DNA from: Hormiphora californensis
Taxonomy: Eukaryota; Animalia; Ctenophora
NCBI GenBank assembly: GCA_020137815.1
Contig: CM035360.1
Span: 7,626,001-7,690,000, forward strand
Direction: 5' to 3'
Length of the DNA stretch: 64,000 nucleotides
This document shows positions 58,954 to 64,000 of the stretch, in pieces; position 1 is the stretch's first letter; every line of letters starts with the position of its first letter. A program made the translations under genes and the position numbers. The notes beneath the pieces were generated by a model. That model was not told the DNA's origin and searched no databases. It was given only the letters and a program-made list of their open reading frames with translations.

Positions 58954-59449
58954 CTACTTTAAATCTACATTAGTAAGTTTTTCAACTATATTTCTGGTTG
59001 GCTCCTCTCCACAGTGAGGAACTTCACAGTATTCCCACCTGCGGGCAGGGTTCACGGTATAGCACCATGCACCACCTGGCTCATTATCTGGGTTTCTGCA
59101 GTAATTGTGGTTACCCAGACCCTTCCCTGGCTTCCTGAAACAATGTGAAACTTGTTGAGAGTGAATGATATTAAGCCTTAATTCTTGACTTGCTGGACCT
59201 TCTCTCTGACCGTGTACAAATTTGTACTTATCAAATAAATTTGATTTCTCTGGATAATACTTACTTGGAAGGCCTGTTTCCGTGGTTATGGGGTTTTTGA
59301 CTGGACCACTTCTGACAATGAAACCCCTTCTTAGTTTTACTGATTGTACCCCTGTAATCTTTCTGAAATTTACCACTACCACATTGGAGGTTTCCAGCCG
59401 CCAGAGTTGCTAAAGTTCCAAACATTAGTAACAAAAGTAAAGCTTTCAT
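58954..59449 (-). CDS. Small secreted single-kringle protein (2 exons)
   Basis: Signal peptide [19 protein letters not shown], then [24 protein letters not shown] | [37 protein letters not shown]. Confidence 0.9.
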
Positions 59450-59948
59450 TCTGATCGTGAAAACAGATTAAAGTTGACGCTGTCTAAGCAATATGTTTCA
59501 TCAAAACATAACGATAAAAAGTAATTAGTAAAAGGCACTGAAACAAAATACAGCAGCTAGCAACTCTGGTATACACCGTCAGGTAAACGATATCTAACAC
59601 AACAACTACATTGTAGCATATCACAGAACAAAGAGGTCTGTGCCAGTACTCAACTTGCATTTTTTCATAAACTGCATTATATGCCCCACTTCATCCCTTT
59701 CAGGCTTCCTACTGGTCAGTGGTCTCCATTCTCGTTTAAATCTATAAGTTTTCTGTATTTGTCAATGGCTGTTAGCAACACTCGATAGATTTTAACATCC
59801 TCAAAAGATCACGGTCTACCAGAGACACACCGTCATAGCTTGGGACGCCCCATGGAGCCCCATTTGTTCATCAATTTTAGAAGAAAACGTCACTTTTAGC
59901 AAATTTCACAAAAGAATTATTAATTACACAATTTGATCACTCAAATCT

Positions 59949-60793
59949 CTATTTTCTGGGTCTCTTCACATTTCTTCTGAACTCTCCCAGATAGTTTCCT
60001 TTGGGGAGGTACTGACAACACACCCACACCTTGTTATCATACTCCCCATACCCGCATCCTATCTCCCTGGTCGCTCTCCACACTACTTGGGTGAAGTGCC
60101 CATACCCACCACCTGGATATATGGGTGTTAGTTGACGGGGGCTATACTCCCCCTCCTTTAGAACTGGATGTGAGAGAAAGAAGAATCATACGTTTAAATT
60201 CTTCTTTCTCTCACCGCCAGTTCTAAAGGAGGGGGAGTAGTTGGCCCCTCTCGGCCACTGTATTGGTGATAAAATAACTAAAATAACTAAAATCAGACAG
60301 ATTATGAATTAACAGATCTACTTACTAAAGAATTGTTGGGGTGTTTTGGTCTCCTTCCTGTAAGTGTACTTCTTCTCCTCATCAGTATACCACGCATTCG
60401 TTACTCTTTTAAAGGCTTTCATCAGTGGGATGTTGGTAGATTTGTAGAGATTCTCCCCTGGAAAGTTGTCATTTCATATCACGACAGAGGATTGATAGTG
60501 GAAAAGGCGGACTGGGTGAAAACCCACCCTATCTACCTAGAGAACATATATAATCTGCTTGATTACATACCTACGTCATTACCACTCGATTCAAGAATAT
60601 CATTCTCAGCGAGGTAGTTACAGAAATCAGAAGATGATTCTGCAAGGTCCTCACTCCAGCTCAGTTTCTCAGCCCTGTGTTTCTTCCTATACTTGTTGTG
60701 CTCTCTCAACATCACCTTCCTGAGCCTCTTGTTCTCTCTCTTCCCAGCAATACACAGTCCTATCAGGAACAAACAGAGAACAACAACTCTCAT
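59949..60793 (-). CDS. Secreted CAP/SCP (PR-1/GLIPR-like) protein, 3 exons
   Basis: Signal peptide; HNKYRKKH..LSWSEDLA; GENL; GHFTQVVWRATREIGCG..VCCQYLPKGNY. Confidence 0.9.
60147..60237. mobile_element. 91-bp Stowaway/mariner-like MITE
   Basis: TIR CTCCCCCTCCTTTAGAACTGG with TA TSD, located in an intron of the CAP gene. Confidence 0.8.
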
Positions 60794-61072
60794 GGCAGTC
60801 CAAACTAGTTAAAGTATTGAAACCTCAAGGTCAAATCAGTTGTTAGAAAAGAATGATTGCTACACATTGTTTAGGCTAGTAGTTCTCTGTTATTATTAAA
60901 GTTTCGACCTTATTTTCCCATGCAATATTATTTGGTTACGAAGTTACTGGCGGGCTCGCGTGGAGGGGTAATTTCATTACCAAGTACTAACCATGTTATT
61001 ATCACTACATATTATACAATTAGAACTTCATTCAGATCTAAACAAACTCCCTCTCTTGTTACAGCCCAGTAC

Positions 61073-63705
61073 ATGTTAGGTTCTATGTCAGAGAGACCTA
61101 AACGGAAGAAGCTGGATGATGCGGGGTGTGGGAGGGCGGGCTGCCACGCTCCTGAGGGGGTAACGTGTGTTGTTGCAGTGGCGTGTAAAGAGACTGAGGC
61201 TCCAGATAACTACTTCTACCATATTTCAGATTCAGAACATGTTTGCAGCAAGTGTTCTAATTATTATTACCGGTAAGAGTTAATAGTTAAAGAGAAACAA
61301 CGATTTTGCAGTACTAATATTCAATTATTCGGTAAGAGTTACACCAAAACTGTCCCGCTATAGGTGCACCAGGGTCCAGGATCAGATCCCCAGTCATCTA
61401 TAACATCCTGGCCTGGTGAAATGCAACTTGTTACCCTCTAGGTCTGATAATAAAACTTGTTCCCCCCTAGGTCCCATGCTACATCATGTCCCCCTCAGGT
61501 CTGATAAACCAGGTCACACAGAGTTCAATGCGTGGCGTGAGAAGTGGCGCACTACCAGTAAATGTGCCCCAGTCACCAAGCTGTTTCTAACAGAGGAGAT
61601 ACTACCATATTGGACCCAGTGTAGTTTGTGTCTGAGGTGGAGGCAGCTACCCAAGGGGGTGGATCTTACCAAGATAAAGCAGGAGACTTGGAGTTGTCTG
61701 GACATGGAGGTAGGGTGTGTGACAGTTTATATTTTAACTGAAAATAACGATCAATTGATTGTTTTTAGCCACATTGTCAATAAAGAAACTAAAACTCCTC
61801 GTTGAGGTTTTAGTTCCACACAATTACTTTCTTCCGAACCATCAACTTCCCAATTGTTCGGTTAAGTTATAAATCCCGCTGTATCCAGTATCCCATCAGT
61901 TATCATGCGATGAGATAGAATCAGCAGATGTCCGTCTGGTAACTGGGTCTACCTGGTTAGAGAAACTAACAGTCCCACCCCTACTGAAGAACTCTCCCGC
62001 TGAACCCTTCCTGGTACACTACTTTAGTGATGGGGTGGGGATGTCAGGGGGAGCAGGTCAAACAGCCAGGGCAGAGGAAGATGTCATTGCAGAACCAGGT
62101 AAGAGAGCCGTTGGGGATCAGAGTTTTTCTTGTAAATTGTCCAACTTAACAACTTTTTATCACGGCAGTGTTAGTTGATGCTAACATTCCCCTTCCCCAC
62201 TAATACTCCCTCTCCCCACAACAGTGGTTCTGAAGGGTCCCCTGGATGGCAACTTTAAACCGTTTAATCAGCCTGGACAGCAGGGTAAAGCACTCTGCTT
62301 TAGACCTGATATCATGGAGACTGATGAAGAGAGAACATTCCCTGAATTCAAACGGTAATTACATCTCAGAGGGGGGAGCCGAGTCGAGAGATATACATAC
62401 TGTCATCGACTCATCGGGCGAGAGTCCGAAGACATTTTTAAACTTGATCAAGATCAGATATCATGGATCAACTAACATTCACTTTTCACTATTCAGGTTC
62501 CAGGTGTTTTATCTGGCTCTCAGGAACCTCATTATAGCAATGTGGAATCTAGATCCCAGGGAGCACGTGACGGTACAGAGGGTGAAGAGGGCTGTCATAG
62601 TTCGTGGAATAGTACGAATCAGGTCGGTAACGTGTTTGTGAACAAACAAATTGTTTACCAAAACCAATTTTTCTTTTTCTCTCCTCACAAAATTCTAAAA
62701 CTAAATCCACCCAACAGGTACAGCTTGGAGGCGATAAGAGTGGTATCCTTCCTGACTCAGCGGGGTATAATCAATACTGGGGTCTTGCCTCTAACAGTCG
62801 ACCCAGATACCTTTCTAATCAGTCCTGAGAGGAAACCTAGTATTGTGGTAGTTGGGGCGGGTATATCTGGTCTAGCTGCTGCACGGCAACTCCACATGTT
62901 CGGGTTAGTGTCGAGACAGATAGATTGTTGAAGGTAAAGATTTCCCACCTCTATTGTCTCATTACCACTGTAACCTCTAACCCAGCCCCCTCCAGTTTCT
63001 ACCCCTCTCCCTAGGTACCAAGTTAAGGTGCTAGAGGCCCGGGATAGGGTGGGTGGAAGGATATGGGACGATCACTCCATGGGGTGTTGTGCTGCTAAGG
63101 GGGCTCAGATTATAACAGGGTGCATCAATAACCCATCTACCCTCATGTGCAAACAGGTATTACAGGAGAGTGATTTTGTACCACCCTGGAATTGTGATTG
63201 TTGTTTGTATTGTTTTTCAGGATCATTAAACCACTCTCCCTCTCTTTAGTTGGGTATCCCCCTGCACCCGATAAAAGACAGTTACTGCCAGCTATTTGAA
63301 GAGGACGGGGAGCCCGTAACACAAGATGCAGACCGCAGGGCAGATCTGCACTTCAATGCCCTGCTAGACGCAGTGGCGGAGTGGAAACTAGAGAGACTGA
63401 ACCTGTCTAAAACTAAGGGCGGAATTGAAAAACTGGACAGTAATAGTACTACAACTGGATCAAAGTAAGCAATATGACACACCACTGGGACTCCAATAAA
63501 CCAATTTCCAATCCATCTATTCCCGATTTTCCCTATTTCAACATGTTTTACCCCTCCCTTCAGAACCTCATTGGAGGAGAAGCTATCTGAGTTACACCGA
63601 CTATCAGTAACTCAAGGAAGACAGAGTTTTACTGATGATGAGAAGCGACTGATACAATTTCATATGAGCAACCTGGAGTACGCGTGTGGGGCATCTCTTA
63701 ATAAG
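61073..63705 (+). CDS. KDM1B: Lysine-specific histone demethylase 1B (LSD2), 5' part; continues past the window
   Basis: N-terminal Cys/His zinc finger (YHISDSEHVCSKC), CW finger LPYWTQCSLCLRWRQLP, SWIRM YLALRNLIIAMW..FLTQRGIINTG, FAD motif VVGAGISGLAAARQL, LEARDRVGGRIWDD, GAQIITGCINNP. Confidence 0.93.
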
Positions 63706-64000
63706 GTAACTAGCTGCTTGTTGCTATAACTGACAGGTACCTACTGGCTTGTCACCACTATAAGAGAGGTGAATGAGGGATGTCAGGATTCAGCGCTGAA
63801 TGTAGCTACAATCCGCATGTATTGGCAGAATTTAGCGCCACGGAGCCCCGTGTAGCGGGTAGCGCCATGTAGCTGCTTGTATTTGTATTTTTTAAATCAG
63901 TTTACAGTGACAGTATTGCTATTTCTATGCGTTGAAAGTGTGCGTGTATGCAAGGTGTGGGACAGTGCACGTTTAGCTAAAACTTACACAAGCATGATTA

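Overview
Compact, intron-rich animal genomic DNA with short GT-AG introns and CTAAC branch points. It is very likely a pleurobrachiid ctenophore (Hormiphora/Pleurobrachia type), because a sequence matching my recollection of their trans-spliced leader (SL) occurs at 54660-54701. Gene order: (+) 3' part of a multi-exon protein with ~17 six-Cys VWC-like repeats, poly-Asp/His/Arg-Tyr linkers and a Lys/Ala tail; (+) intronless secreted [W/M]DDDK-repeat protein; (+) RPL21-ANAPC10-hnRNPM/MYEF2-like cluster; (-) C2H2 ZNF-NSMCE2-SPR-[tandem duplicate NSMCE2-SPR]-importin-alpha-like ARM/BC-box/TPR gene cluster; (+) NPEPPS-ARFGEF(BIG)-DENND2; (-) single-kringle and CAP/SCP secreted proteins; (+) KDM1B running off the end. 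Genes are packed ~200-550 bp apart, with unpaired splice acceptors before their ATGs, which suggests SL-resolved operons. Most interesting signals: (1) a TSD-flanked, perfectly palindromic retroposon whose fold-back axis is the 5' end of the spliced leader and in which the SL is fused directly to a hammerhead ribozyme, plus a second unrelated hammerhead fold-back insertion of the same architecture; (2) mutually exclusive 129-nt exons in NPEPPS that swap the residues just before the GAMEN motif; (3) an ORF1-only 'half-LINE' that keeps its 3' stem-loop and repeat tail; (4) candidate small RNAs, including a C/D guide for U2 Gm25 and a ~300-nt structured intergenic RNA. The sequence also shows scattered single-base-doubling frameshifts that look like assembly errors. 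All calls were made by eye, and no database searches were run.
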